DNA of 64,000 bases from IMG/VR virus record IMGVR_UViG_3300032295_003128, positions 8,116 through 72,115 of that record; one strand, written 5' to 3'. Positions 19,259 to 29,466 of the stretch are shown here, in pieces. The translations under genes were made by a program, and so were the position numbers. The notes beneath the pieces are model-generated. The model made no database searches. It was not told the DNA's origin and was given only the letters and a program-made list of their open reading frames with translations. This stretch comes from a virus. Taxonomy: Duplodnaviria; Caudoviricetes. Each line of letters opens with the position of its first letter. The first letter of the stretch is position 1.

Positions 19259-19307
19259 TGCTAAAAGTAGCGGTTGTCAGGTTATGATGCAACTGCCTGA
19301 AACTCGA

Positions 19308-21251
19308 TTAAAGTTTACCGAGTTGGGCGCGAAGTTGCTTCAGCTCGGAATCGATGCGGCTCCATTGTTTTTTCGCCGACTTATAGTCCGGTCGTCCGTC
19401 GGCTCCCGGTAAAGGAACGATCGCCGCCTGATCTTTTGTAAGCTGGGCTATTTGGAACTCGATGCTTGCGCGTTTACCGGACTTTGCTTGCTGAGCCTTC
19501 GCGCTGCCCGCCCGTGCGCTCAGATTTTCGCTCAAATCTTTGTACCTCCGGTCGGCGGCTTCTCGGGTCGAGGCGTCAACCGCATCCATATTTTCTGCCG
19601 TGAACGGATTCGGTTTGGCGACGTTGGCGGGTTCGGCTGCGGGCGCTGTTGCTGTGGCTGCGGGCGCAATCTGCTTCGCCTTTACTTTTTCGAGAACCTC
19701 GGCCAAAGGTATCGCGGCTCCCCCTTTCACCACAAACATCTGTTTGTATACGTCGGGATACGATCGAGCCGCATCGAGGATTTCCTCTTCAGCGGCTGCA
19801 TCCGAAAGCCCGTCCAATGAAATCGCGTAGCCGCTTTGAGTAAGCCTTGGGACGAGAGCCCTCAGCTCTGCGCGGGCCTTATCTTGTGTTGCCGCGTCAG
19901 GTGAGGACATCGTCTTTTGGTATGCGGCGAGGGCCACTTGTTGATCGGAGATCTGGGGCGCGCCCGATGCTTCGAGGAGCCGTCGGTCTGCTTCATCCAT
20001 CAAAAGCTGAGCCCGGGTTTCTTCGCCACGTCCGCTCAAAACTGCCGCCTGAGCCCGTAGGACCTCTGCATTGTTTTTAGCCAACTCAAGCGCCTTTGAA
20101 GGATCCACCACGTCGGCCTTTACTAGTCCCATGTCTACCGCCACCTGTTGCTCTGCCCGCTTTTGCGCGGCCAGTGTGACGTAGTCGATTGCGCCCGACC
20201 ATCCGCCGCGCCCGCCAGAATCGCGGTGATACTTTTCGACTTCGGTGACAAGCGTGGGATCCATTTTTGACAACGCGTCGAACTCAACCGCCCCCATGCC
20301 GAGGTCCGAAGCTGCGTTGTTAATGAACTGCTGCGCGACCAAACTTTCCGCGCCTTTTAGACGACCCAGTTGGCGACGATCGCTGGCTTCCATCTGCCGG
20401 CTCTTTAGCACCGTAGACGCTTGCCGATAGTCATCGAGTAAGCCGCGCAATGGAGAGGTGGTCGGCTCGGTGGCTGCTTGGGGTTCTGGCTCCGGCGCGT
20501 TGAACTCAGTAAACGGATTGGTCGATTTTCCGCCCCGGGTTTGTAGCGTGTTTGCGGCCGAGGCCACGACGGCGTCTTTCTCTTCAGGTGAATATGTCTT
20601 GCTGGATTCCACGGCGCTCCCGCCGGAGCCGATAGGGGCCAACTCCTCGCCTGGAGGAGGCCCGCCATTGTAGTCAGCCATTCTCGCATCAAAGCTGTCG
20701 AGGGGGTTGGGTTTCCGCGATTGGCCGAAAGTATTCATGAGCGGGTTTCCAGAAGAAGATGAATCCAGCCGTAACGGCGCGCCGGAATCCAAATCAAAAC
20801 TTTGCTGCGGCTCTTCGGCGACCGGAAGTTTATCAAGGCCAATGGAAGCGGGTTTTGGTTCAGACGTTGACGCGCTAGAAGCCCGACGGAAAACGCGGTT
20901 ATAGAGCGCTGGATCCCCTAGAAGGCCTTCGAGCGAACCTCCAGCTTCGAGCGCCCCGAGGCGTTCCTCGTTAATGCTGGTAGCCTCTGCCCTCTGGCGT
21001 TCAGCTAGTGCGGTGCGATATCCAATGTCCGCCTGAAGGTTCGCAATCTCTAGTTGCGCTTTCTTGGCGATGTACGGCATCGCCTCCCGCTTGATGGCGT
21101 TGTCGATCGTCGACTCCTCTTGGCGTCGCTGCTCCTCTTGCTGCATGAGCTTAGTGCGACGGACGTCGTTAAACGCCGCGATGCCCACTCCGATGGGGTT
21201 CCAGTCCCATGGAGGTGCTGTGCTGATTGGTGCGAATGCTGCTCCTGCCAT
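19308..21251 (-). CDS. internal virion (ejection) protein
   Basis: helical and Ala-rich; position between pilot-like and giant genes; start taken at MAGAAF. Confidence 0.65.
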   Translation of the reverse strand: MAGAAFAPISTAPPWDWNPIGVGIAAFNDVRRTKLMQQEEQRRQEESTIDNAIKREAMPYIAKKAQLEIANLQADIGYRTALAERQRAEATSINEERLGALEAGGSLEGLLGDPALYNRVFRRASSASTSEPKPASIGLDKLPVAEEPQQSFDLDSGAPLRLDSSSSGNPLMNTFGQSRKPNPLDSFDARMADYNGGPPPGEELAPIGSGGSAVESSKTYSPEEKDAVVASAANTLQTRGGKSTNPFTEFNAPEPEPQAATEPTTSPLRGLLDDYRQASTVLKSRQMEASDRRQLGRLKGAESLVAQQFINNAASDLGMGAVEFDALSKMDPTLVTEVEKYHRDSGGRGGWSGAIDYVTLAAQKRAEQQVAVDMGLVKADVVDPSKALELAKNNAEVLRAQAAVLSGRGEETRAQLLMDEADRRLLEASGAPQISDQQVALAAYQKTMSSPDAATQDKARAELRALVPRLTQSGYAISLDGLSDAAAEEEILDAARSYPDVYKQMFVVKGGAAIPLAEVLEKVKAKQIAPAATATAPAAEPANVAKPNPFTAENMDAVDASTREAADRRYKDLSENLSARAGSAKAQQAKSGKRASIEFQIAQLTKDQAAIVPLPGADGRPDYKSAKKQWSRIDSELKQLRAQLGKL

Positions 21252-21255
21252 AATG

Positions 21256-22755
21256 TTAAATATAACTGAATGATTTATTTCCAACCCCATACTTACCGGC
21301 TGGAGTGTAATAATACTGACCGACACCCCACCGCGACATCTCAGAAGGGTCTTTGCCCCACGCTTTAGCTGCGCCGGTAGCCGATCCATAAAAACCTGAA
21401 TTACGGTCTAAGCCTCCCGTCACCATCGAGCTTAACGAGCTTCCGACACCTAGGATATCGTTGAAGCTAAAGCGACTTTGGGGTGCCGAGAAGCTCCTGC
21501 TGTAGTCTCCGCCGCCTCCACTCCCGCCAAGCGATCCCCCAAGGCTCGCCCCTAATGAAGCACCTGCGGCAGTGCCTAACCCAGGGGCCACGAAAGTGCC
21601 TACTAAACCCCCTGCGACAGCTCCGCCGAGTGACGCGATAGAAGATAGCCCCGCTGCGTATTGCCGGTTCTTGTCCGCTTCTACTTGAAGTTGATTTTGC
21701 CAAGACGTGTTGTTGATGCTCTGTCTCCAGTCCCCCCACGTTGTAGCAGCCGCGACAGACTGTCTTGACGCGGAGTCGTACGCAGAGGTCTGCATGGCGC
21801 CGCTTTTTAGTATCGCGTCTAGCCCGCCCAAGTATCGTGTCTTGCCCATGTCGCTTTGCGACACAAGAACATCCCGTGCGACGCCTTGCCGGGCCCCTAA
21901 AATTGTATTCAAGCCAGTCTGTTGATTCCGAACGTATGCTTGTTGCGCTCCAAATATATTTTCGTTGTTTCGCTGGTTTATTGTTAGCGCGTCTTTACTG
22001 CTTATCCCCAGGTAGTCACTGGCCTGCGCTGCCGTGGTTTGCAATCCGGATACTTGGGTGTCGTAGATAAGTTTCGCCCAATTCTGGGCGCTTTGGTCTG
22101 CCTGCATCGCAAGATCCAGCGAAGTGAGGCCTAAGTTACGAGCGGCCAACGCCGATCCCGCTTGGCTTCCAGCCCCAAGTCCTCCCTGAAGAGCCCCGTA
22201 CGCGCTTTGCCGTTGCACGGAAGCCATCACGTCGGCGGGCAAACGCCCTTGTAACATCTCAAGGTTGTTCCGGCTAATCTGCTCTTGCTGAGCTAACTGA
22301 TACGGGTTTGCCCGGTCGATCATGCTTTGCCGAGTACGGAACGCAGACTCCGTCAACTTGTCGGCAAAACTAATAAAATTGTCTGCATTCTTTAGGTTGA
22401 AATCGACTGCCTCTTGGCCTGAGCGCGTAACAAGGCCCTCTGAACGAGTTTTGTATTCGTCGATATAGCCTTTCTCTTCTGCGTAGAGTGCCGGCAGCGC
22501 GTCTCGAAAAGACGCGATGGCATCTTGCATCGATGTAGAATATTCGGTGTTGGCGGACTCGATAAGAGAGCGGTAGTCACCAGCTCTTTCTTGCTCTAGC
22601 GTAACAACCTCCTTGGCCGCAGCGATACTTTTATCGACGTACGCTTTGATCGCGGCCATCGATTTCCCGTACGCATCGTCCGCAAGCTGAATTCCTTTTT
22701 GCTCCCGTTCCCGGTTCACCTTCCCCGGATCGCCTTTGCTGCCGCCCATGCTCAT
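21256..22755 (-). CDS. DNA pilot/ejection protein with glycine zipper
   Basis: Q/A-rich helices; GGAVAGGLVGTFVAPGLGTAAGASLGASLGG segment; N-terminal MSMGGSKG. Confidence 0.65.
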   Translation of the reverse strand: MSMGGSKGDPGKVNREREQKGIQLADDAYGKSMAAIKAYVDKSIAAAKEVVTLEQERAGDYRSLIESANTEYSTSMQDAIASFRDALPALYAEEKGYIDEYKTRSEGLVTRSGQEAVDFNLKNADNFISFADKLTESAFRTRQSMIDRANPYQLAQQEQISRNNLEMLQGRLPADVMASVQRQSAYGALQGGLGAGSQAGSALAARNLGLTSLDLAMQADQSAQNWAKLIYDTQVSGLQTTAAQASDYLGISSKDALTINQRNNENIFGAQQAYVRNQQTGLNTILGARQGVARDVLVSQSDMGKTRYLGGLDAILKSGAMQTSAYDSASRQSVAAATTWGDWRQSINNTSWQNQLQVEADKNRQYAAGLSSIASLGGAVAGGLVGTFVAPGLGTAAGASLGASLGGSLGGSGGGGDYSRSFSAPQSRFSFNDILGVGSSLSSMVTGGLDRNSGFYGSATGAAKAWGKDPSEMSRWGVGQYYYTPAGKYGVGNKSFSYI

Positions 22756-23225
22756 GCGGCCTCCTTCCCGATCCACTCAATTGGATCGTCATTCGCGGTG
22801 AAGAATTTCCACATTTCAAGGCTCGACTCCCGGGCGGCTTCGGGGCCTCGAAGGATCATCACGATCATCGGAGCCATCAGGAGATGGACGTCCCGGAGCG
22901 TCAACGCATAGGCGCGACCCCTCGGCCCTTCGCGCTCCAGTTCCACCGAATCCCGCCAAGCGATGATGGCTTGGAAAATTAGCGGCATCAGCTTCGCTTT
23001 GTGCGCGTTGAAAAACTCGTTGGTCGGCAGCTCGACCAAAGCACCCCAGAAGGTCAGGTCGATTTCTTCGCGGGGCGGCAGTTCGTCGCCATCGACGAGG
23101 GCGTCCCAGAGTTCGGAGATGGCACCAAGCGTCGTGATGAAATCAAGGGCGCTTTGATTGCCGTCAAACCAAGCCAAGAGCTTGGCGTCTCGGGCGTCTC
23201 TCCATTCAGGTGAATCGTAGATCAT
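22752..23225 (-). CDS. conserved helical protein with DDxxD-like motif (isoprenoid-synthase-like fold suspected)
   Basis: ISELWDALVDGD, LPTNEFF; sits where T7-like phages have gp13. Confidence 0.5.
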   Translation of the reverse strand: MIYDSPEWRDARDAKLLAWFDGNQSALDFITTLGAISELWDALVDGDELPPREEIDLTFWGALVELPTNEFFNAHKAKLMPLIFQAIIAWRDSVELEREGPRGRAYALTLRDVHLLMAPMIVMILRGPEAARESSLEMWKFFTANDDPIEWIGKEAA

Positions 23226-23244
23226 GGGTTAGCAGGTTATTATA

Positions 23245-26200
23245 TCACCGCATGAAGCGGACTGCACGTCGGATGGGCGGCTGCCCCGTGAAGTTCTGCT
23301 GTGCGAGCTGGGTGGCGAGCATTTGGGTGGCCTTCTCCATATGGGCCGCGATCTGGTCTCCTCCCAGAAGAAACCCCTTGGCGGCCTCGAAGACGGCGGC
23401 AAAGTTCCGCAGATACATCTTCTCGTTGTCTGAAGCATGAGGCATGAAGCGCCGCTTCCCGAGGATACGGACCACGGGGACTGTGTCGGGCAGAGTGATG
23501 AAGTATTTGCGCTTGAGCTTGTTGCCGTCAGCGGGGTCAGGAGCCTCGCCGCGATCGACTGCGCCTTGCATCCAAGTGTAGTCGTCCCCGCGATAGCCAG
23601 GGCCGCCGCGCAGCCATTCGGAGTACCTATCATGGACGGCACGGGGATTGTTATCGAAGGACATGAAAAGGATCGTCTCGATCTCCTGGGGCAGGAAAAA
23701 CTCGCCCGTCGCGGTGACGTTGAGCGCGTAAGTGTCCACGCTGCCGACCCACTTGCCGGTGAGCATGAGCTGCTCTTCGGCGGTGTTGATGAACCGCTTC
23801 ACAGCAGCGTCGGAAAGCCGATACGCTTCGGGGAGTTCCAGCCCTGCCCGGCCCCAGTGGTAACCGAACGTGTCCGGAGCAGAGGCCGACAACTGCTGCC
23901 GCTTGGCGCGGCGGGTTTCTTCGATGTCGGCCACAATGTCGCGTTCGACCAGAGCAAGGGCCGATGCCTTTATGGCTCCGGCGGCGTCGGCATACTTGGA
24001 ATCATCGTCACGACCATTGACGACAACTACCGATCCAGACGGGGAGTTGTTCTTGCGCGTCATGGCAGCCGGGACCAAGTAGCTCTCGATCATCAGCTTT
24101 TTCTGCTCGTACGTCACGGGAGGACGCGGGCCGCTGTAATCTTCGCGCCGTTGGAGGAACGCTTGGTGAGAACGAATTTCTGTGACGGCTTGATCGGCCA
24201 ACGTCTGCATCCTCGAAGTGGGGATCTGCAATCCTCCGGCGATTTCGTTGTGGAGGCGCCCGATTTCTCCGGTCGCATCGCGCCGAGCTTCTTCAACGCT
24301 GCGAACGAGATTCCTTTCCACGAGAGCAAAGGCTTCTTGCTTAAAGGCCGCAGCGGCATCGGCTTGCCCCCGGGACGTGGCAACATAGGATTCGACGAGC
24401 TTCTTGCGGATCTCGTCGTCGAACGTTGTGGGTGCGGTCGCTTTGTAATCTTCGCGACGGGCCAAGAAGTTAAAGTGCGCGGTGGCTTCGGTGTTGGCCG
24501 TTGTCAGGTAGGTGTCAATTCGCGCCGTAGGGATCTTCACGCCGTCAGGCAGCTCATTGTGCAGCCGCCCTGCGAAGGTCAGCACAGCGCGACGAGACGC
24601 TTCTACCGCAGTCATCAGGTCTCGCTCGATAAATTCGAAGGCTTCCTGTTTGAGTTTGGTGGCTACGTCGGGAGCGGCTTGAGCGGTAGCAAGGTAGGAC
24701 TCGACCAGTTTCTTGCGAATCTCAAACGTAGGGAATGAACCGGGAACTGTCGCGTTGTAGTCCTCTCGTTTTGCCAAAAAATTGTAATGCGCGGTGGCTT
24801 CCGTCGTGGCCGTAGACAAGTAAGTCGTAAGTCTTGCCGTCGGGATTTTTACGCCGTCAGGCAACTCGTTGTGTAAACGGGTTTCATCCGGACTTCCGGC
24901 AACGTTACGGCGAGTCTCTTCTACTTGAGTCATCAAGTTGCGTTCGATCAGCTCAAACGCCGTCTGCTTCAACTGACTGGCAATGTCGGGCGCCCCTTGG
25001 GCAACAGCGATACATGCTTCAACAAGCTTTTTGCGGATCTCAAACGGGAAAGTCGGCGCGGTCGCGTTGTAGTCTTCTCGACGGGCCAAGAAATTGAAGT
25101 GATCTGTAGCTTCGGTTACCGCCTGGGACAAATACGCGGCAAGGCGAGTAGTCGGGTATTTGAGCCCCTCGGGAAGTTCGTTGTGCAGTTTGGCGACGTC
25201 TGCGTCAGCCGTATACTCGCGGCGGGCTTTTTCCACCTGCGCCATCAGGTTGCGTTCGATTAGCGAAAACGCCTCGGATTTAAGACTCGCGCTCAAATCA
25301 ACGACTTTGTCGTTTCCTGCCGTTGCGGTGCCTCGCGCCGTGGCGAGGTACGATTCGACGAGCTTCTTGCGAATTTCAAAAGGAAACGGGTTGGGCAGAG
25401 TGCCGGTGGAGTAGTCCTCGCGGCGGGATAGAAAGTTCCAATGGGCCGTCGCGTCCAAGACCGCTTGATTCATGTAGTCTACGATGCGCGCAGTCATCAC
25501 TTTGACGCCATCGGGTAGTTCGTTGTGCAATTGCCCAATCTCGCCAGGTTGGTCGCGCCGATTAGCTTCAACCCTTGCCATTAGATCGCGCTCGATCAAC
25601 GAAGCAGCTTCTTGCTTCAAGGCGGTTGCAACTTCGGCCTGCCCGCCAGCGGTCGCGATATACGCTTCGACTAGTTTCTTTTTGATCTCAAAAGGAAACG
25701 ACGGAAACGGCGGGTCGGTTTCTCTGTAGTCTTCGCGGCGCGCGAAGAAAGCCCACTGAGCGGCAGCGTCGGTCCCCGCTTGAGACAAATAGGTTTCAAG
25801 CCGACCGGTCTTAAACCGAGTTCCGCCGGGCAGCTCATTGTGCAAGCGGCCAGCTTCGCCGGGAGAACCTTTACGTTCCGCCTCGACCAAAGCCATCACG
25901 TTGCGCTGGATCAACTCGAATGCCTGCGTTTTGATCGCGCCACCGTCGGCTCCATTGTCGGTCATCAACAAAGACAGCGTCAGGAGGCGGATGACTTCTC
26001 CCGGTAGCGCGGCTGGAAATGAAGTGGCGTCGCTGGAGAGCGCGATAAACGTCAGCGGGACACGATCAAATTCCTCCGACCGAGCAATGAAGTTGTGGTG
26101 GTCTATCGCCTGTTGGTATGCCTGATTAAGGTAAGACCGAATACGGGTCGCGGTAAGCCGATACTTAGAAACGGTCTCAAGCCCAACTCGCCCGACCATG

Positions 26201-26616
26201 CCGCCGAACGTGTTTTGGCTACCCAGGGCCAAAGTTTGAAACGCAGCCTTACGCTCGCGGTCCACTGTGGCGGTGATTTTGCGCTCGATATACGAGTAAG
26301 CTTTTTGCTCCAGAACAGCCGCCCGCTCTAAGTCGTTGTTCTCTTCGCGCCATAGCGCGAGGATCATGCTCTTGGTCGCGTCCGGCTCGTCGAGAATCAA
26401 GAAGCCGGTAAGTGGATTGCCGGTCGTGCCACCAGCTTGCCAGATAAGCTCGGTACGCTCTGCCTCTTCCTGCCGAGAGACAAAATTAAAATGATCAATC
26501 AGACGACGTTGCGCTTCGTTTATTCGGCTGTCGATGCGGGCAGAATTGCTCGTGGCTACGCCATTATCGACGTAGGCGGCGAATAACCCGCGTGCTTGGA
26601 CAAACGAAGTAGCCAT
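23245..26616 (-). CDS. head-tail adaptor / tail tubular A-like protein with internal ~104-aa tandem repeats
   Basis: six clear LHNE...RREDY...KKL.E...IER units plus degenerate terminal units; tail-module position. Confidence 0.6.
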   Translation of the reverse strand: MATSFVQARGLFAAYVDNGVATSNSARIDSRINEAQRRLIDHFNFVSRQEEAERTELIWQAGGTTGNPLTGFLILDEPDATKSMILALWREENNDLERAAVLEQKAYSYIERKITATVDRERKAAFQTLALGSQNTFGGMVGRVGLETVSKYRLTATRIRSYLNQAYQQAIDHHNFIARSEEFDRVPLTFIALSSDATSFPAALPGEVIRLLTLSLLMTDNGADGGAIKTQAFELIQRNVMALVEAERKGSPGEAGRLHNELPGGTRFKTGRLETYLSQAGTDAAAQWAFFARREDYRETDPPFPSFPFEIKKKLVEAYIATAGGQAEVATALKQEAASLIERDLMARVEANRRDQPGEIGQLHNELPDGVKVMTARIVDYMNQAVLDATAHWNFLSRREDYSTGTLPNPFPFEIRKKLVESYLATARGTATAGNDKVVDLSASLKSEAFSLIERNLMAQVEKARREYTADADVAKLHNELPEGLKYPTTRLAAYLSQAVTEATDHFNFLARREDYNATAPTFPFEIRKKLVEACIAVAQGAPDIASQLKQTAFELIERNLMTQVEETRRNVAGSPDETRLHNELPDGVKIPTARLTTYLSTATTEATAHYNFLAKREDYNATVPGSFPTFEIRKKLVESYLATAQAAPDVATKLKQEAFEFIERDLMTAVEASRRAVLTFAGRLHNELPDGVKIPTARIDTYLTTANTEATAHFNFLARREDYKATAPTTFDDEIRKKLVESYVATSRGQADAAAAFKQEAFALVERNLVRSVEEARRDATGEIGRLHNEIAGGLQIPTSRMQTLADQAVTEIRSHQAFLQRREDYSGPRPPVTYEQKKLMIESYLVPAAMTRKNNSPSGSVVVVNGRDDDSKYADAAGAIKASALALVERDIVADIEETRRAKRQQLSASAPDTFGYHWGRAGLELPEAYRLSDAAVKRFINTAEEQLMLTGKWVGSVDTYALNVTATGEFFLPQEIETILFMSFDNNPRAVHDRYSEWLRGGPGYRGDDYTWMQGAVDRGEAPDPADGNKLKRKYFITLPDTVPVVRILGKRRFMPHASDNEKMYLRNFAAVFEAAKGFLLGGDQIAAHMEKATQMLATQLAQQNFTGQPPIRRAVRFMR
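23950..25850 (-). repeat. protein-level tandem repeat, 6 units of ~103-114 aa
   Basis: LHNE codons near 25840, 25525, 25183, 24871, 24559, 24250 (spacing ~309-342 nt). Confidence 0.9.
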
Positions 26617-27299
26617 TAAGCCGGTATTTCTTCAACTGTCACTAAGACATTCCCACTCGCGCCGAAGAGGTCTGGCGTGGTACTAGAGCCCGCGAGATAC
26701 GCAGTGCCGCCGGTAGTCCCGACGCGCAGCGAATAAGTAACAGCGGTCGTAACGTTGGGGGTGTGCAGCCCTTCGACAATAATACCTCTCGACTCGGCGG
26801 CGCTGCCAAAACTAGTTACCGTAGCGGCGAAGCACGTCGATTCGGTGCCAGCCATCAGGCCCGCCGTAATGGACGCGGGGTACGTTGCCCCGCCGATGGA
26901 ACAGCTCGGCAAAAAAGCACGAACCAGCATTTTGTTGGCAGTTGCGCGCGGGGTGATGCCCGGCGTGTTTAGCACGTTGGCCCCCGCGTTCCCCGGCAAG
27001 GCTGATGACTGACCCGTCGCTATCACTCCAGAAGTGGAAAAGTGCGACAAACTGGCCGTGACAATATTGCTTCCTATCACAGTCTGCCATTTCGCGTTCC
27101 AAAACCCGTTGAGGGTTCCCTTGGAAGTATCTAGCCACAGCGCCGATCCGTCAGTCGGGACATTGGTGTTTACCCCACTGATAAACACAATCTTTTTGCC
27201 TGCTGGCGCGGTCAAATAGGACGCAAACGTCTCCAACAAAGTTTGGAGATTGCTCGGATACTTTGAGTTTACGGGCAGAGTTCCGGGTATAAGCGGCAT
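26616..27299 (-). CDS. short tail fibre / tail tip protein
   Basis: beta-rich; LWLDTS..LNGF.NAKW motif; C-terminal HTP...VTYSLR...VTVEEI domain common in fibres. Confidence 0.6.
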   Translation of the reverse strand: MPLIPGTLPVNSKYPSNLQTLLETFASYLTAPAGKKIVFISGVNTNVPTDGSALWLDTSKGTLNGFWNAKWQTVIGSNIVTASLSHFSTSGVIATGQSSALPGNAGANVLNTPGITPRATANKMLVRAFLPSCSIGGATYPASITAGLMAGTESTCFAATVTSFGSAAESRGIIVEGLHTPNVTTAVTYSLRVGTTGGTAYLAGSSTTPDLFGASGNVLVTVEEIPA

Positions 27300-27301
27300 A
27301 A

Positions 27302-29194
27302 TTAACGTTTATTGAAGTGTGGGCTTAATAGTATATCCCATCCGAAAGGAGCGCAACTAGCCCTCGGGGTAATGATCATGGCTTTGGTCGCGGTGCAAGG
27401 AACACAAAACACCCGGCCGTCCGGCAATACAACTCCTCCCGCATAAGCTCCTTTACCGAAGCCGTCTTGGGTGGTTGGAGGCGTCGGAAACCCCGGTAGC
27501 TGAATCGAAGCAGTGGAGCCAGAAGCGTCAGAGTCAAAAACGCGCGGAAATTGTGCCCGCCCCGGGATGAGAACGACAAACCCATCCGGCAGCCGGACCA
27601 TGCCGGAATAGTCCTCGACAGTGCTGAGTGGGATGCTGACCGCCGTGCGTAACAACTGTTGCGCGTCAGAGCTGAACACCTCTATCTTTAACGTTGTCGG
27701 GCTGGATTGATCGACGAGCGGAATCAATATCTCGCCTCGAGCGTTAAGCAATGGAGCTGCGCGAAAATGCGACTGCGGCTCGGACGGAGTTGGAAACAAG
27801 TTTAGCTGTTGCGACCCGTTGTAACCGCCGAGGGCAAGCGCACCTGTTCCGCTTTGATAAACGTGGGCCCCGAAAAACACGTCGCCTTGGGAAGTTAACG
27901 AGGCCCCGCGAGTAAGATACGTCCCTTTGTTAAGACCCGTAAGCACTTCTAGAGTGCCGTCCATGCGAACTATCGCAGGATTGACGCTGGCGTTCGGTGC
28001 CAGAAACGCGGACCGGTGTCCACTGAACTTGCGCGTGTTTGGCAGCATAACCCCTCCTACAAACGCTCTGTTCGGAAGCGTTGCGACTTCGTTGGTCCAC
28101 ACGGATCTATTTTCGTAAGGATAGTACAGCAGCGCTCGCTTAGAGTTGTATGGAACGCACACCACAGCAACTTGAGGTATGCGGGTATAATTGTAAGACG
28201 CGCTGTCAAGCGTATCGCCAGCCGACACGGGATAGTCCGCCATGAGAACGCCGCCAGCAAAAAGGGCGCCTGTGTTGGGGTAAGTTCCGCCTTCTGGAGT
28301 CGGTGCCGATACAAGCACATCCTTCCTCGGGTCGTAAATCATTGCTTCCGTATAATTGAAAGGAACTAGAAACACGCGCCCATCGGGAAGTAATACCCCG
28401 CCGCTAAAGGCCCCGCCGAATCCAGCGGTCAAAGTCGAGCCGCCTGGAAAAGTCGGAGCCGCCGCCCGGGAACGACCGACAACTGGAAAACTTCTATTTC
28501 GGGATGCCGTTAGTTCTAAGTTTGAGCGTAGCTGAGTAAAAAAAGTACCTTCTTGCTGCCCAAACCAGCGCGTGGTCCCATCGGGCGCGGAATTCAAAAA
28601 GTGTACGCAGGCATCAAGGTCGCCGGCCGGATGGCCGCCTGTTACTCCCCGCCCGAAGTGAGTGGACAAAACAGCTTCGGTCGCAATGTTCGTCGATCCC
28701 ACAGCTCCTGCTTTGAGACTGCGACTGCCCACCGCATTATCCGCGAGGTGCTTCTCTTGAACGGGTCGAACCTGATTAGAATCTGTTGGCGCGGCGCTTA
28801 CCGGATGATCAAGCTGCTCGTCGCCGATAGCCCGCGCCTTAATGTGGTTTCGCCCAACCGCGCGCTGCGAATCGTCGGTGGGGCTGCTTTGCAGTTTTGT
28901 TTCAGTGACGGACCCGTCTTGTAGCTTGCTGGCCGTAACCGATAGGCCGGGCAAAAGGTTCGCTAACCCTACTTCCGCAGCTACCTGGCCCCTCCGCACG
29001 ATCGCGACGTCTGTGGTCAACGTCGATGTAAGAGGAGCTTCGATTCCGCCATTGTAAATCCAGTTACGCAATGAGGCCATCGAAGCGTTGAAGGTTTCAC
29101 TCGCCCTTGAGACCAACATCAAGTCCGTAGCTGCGACCGGCTCTAGCACTGGATCAAGCTGCGCTATCGTTTTGTTTGTGGTGTAGTTCGGCAT
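27302..29194 (-). CDS. tail fibre / receptor-binding protein with C-terminal beta-propeller-like repeats
   Basis: GSVTETKL, AVGSRSL and AVGSTNI shaft repeats; repeated GGVLLPDGRVFLVP-like blades. Confidence 0.7.
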   Translation of the reverse strand: MPNYTTNKTIAQLDPVLEPVAATDLMLVSRASETFNASMASLRNWIYNGGIEAPLTSTLTTDVAIVRRGQVAAEVGLANLLPGLSVTASKLQDGSVTETKLQSSPTDDSQRAVGRNHIKARAIGDEQLDHPVSAAPTDSNQVRPVQEKHLADNAVGSRSLKAGAVGSTNIATEAVLSTHFGRGVTGGHPAGDLDACVHFLNSAPDGTTRWFGQQEGTFFTQLRSNLELTASRNRSFPVVGRSRAAAPTFPGGSTLTAGFGGAFSGGVLLPDGRVFLVPFNYTEAMIYDPRKDVLVSAPTPEGGTYPNTGALFAGGVLMADYPVSAGDTLDSASYNYTRIPQVAVVCVPYNSKRALLYYPYENRSVWTNEVATLPNRAFVGGVMLPNTRKFSGHRSAFLAPNASVNPAIVRMDGTLEVLTGLNKGTYLTRGASLTSQGDVFFGAHVYQSGTGALALGGYNGSQQLNLFPTPSEPQSHFRAAPLLNARGEILIPLVDQSSPTTLKIEVFSSDAQQLLRTAVSIPLSTVEDYSGMVRLPDGFVVLIPGRAQFPRVFDSDASGSTASIQLPGFPTPPTTQDGFGKGAYAGGVVLPDGRVFCVPCTATKAMIITPRASCAPFGWDILLSPHFNKR

Positions 29195-29466
29195 TAAAGC
29201 GATAGTTTGAAATTCAATGTGTCATTATTTGCCGCAAACGTGCTGAGCAATAAATAACGGTTGCTGTTAATGAGTAAATATACAGCTTCTGTCGGGCGAT
29301 TGTAGCTCAGATGCCCGTCGAATGCTTGCGTCCCCAGCAGTTGCTGTGTCGGCAAGATTGCGGTCGCGTACACTGGTGCTGAAAGCCCCCCGCTGAGCGG
29401 TCTACAACCTACCCCGGTAGTGGCCCCTATTTCCAGTGGCGCCGCCGTTATAGCGCGGCAGCTCAT
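29194..29466 (-). CDS. hypothetical tail-region protein
   Basis: stop/start overlaps on both sides. Confidence 0.55.
   Translation of the reverse strand: MSCRAITAAPLEIGATTGVGCRPLSGGLSAPVYATAILPTQQLLGTQAFDGHLSYNRPTEAVYLLINSNRYLLLSTFAANNDTLNFKLSL

Noticed and set aside
23437-24738. 433-aa + strand ORF
   Set aside because: Antisense shadow of the adaptor gene
23950-25850. Diversity-generating retroelement TR/VR pair among the repeats
   Set aside because: No reverse transcriptase in the window, and differences between units are not adenine-specific
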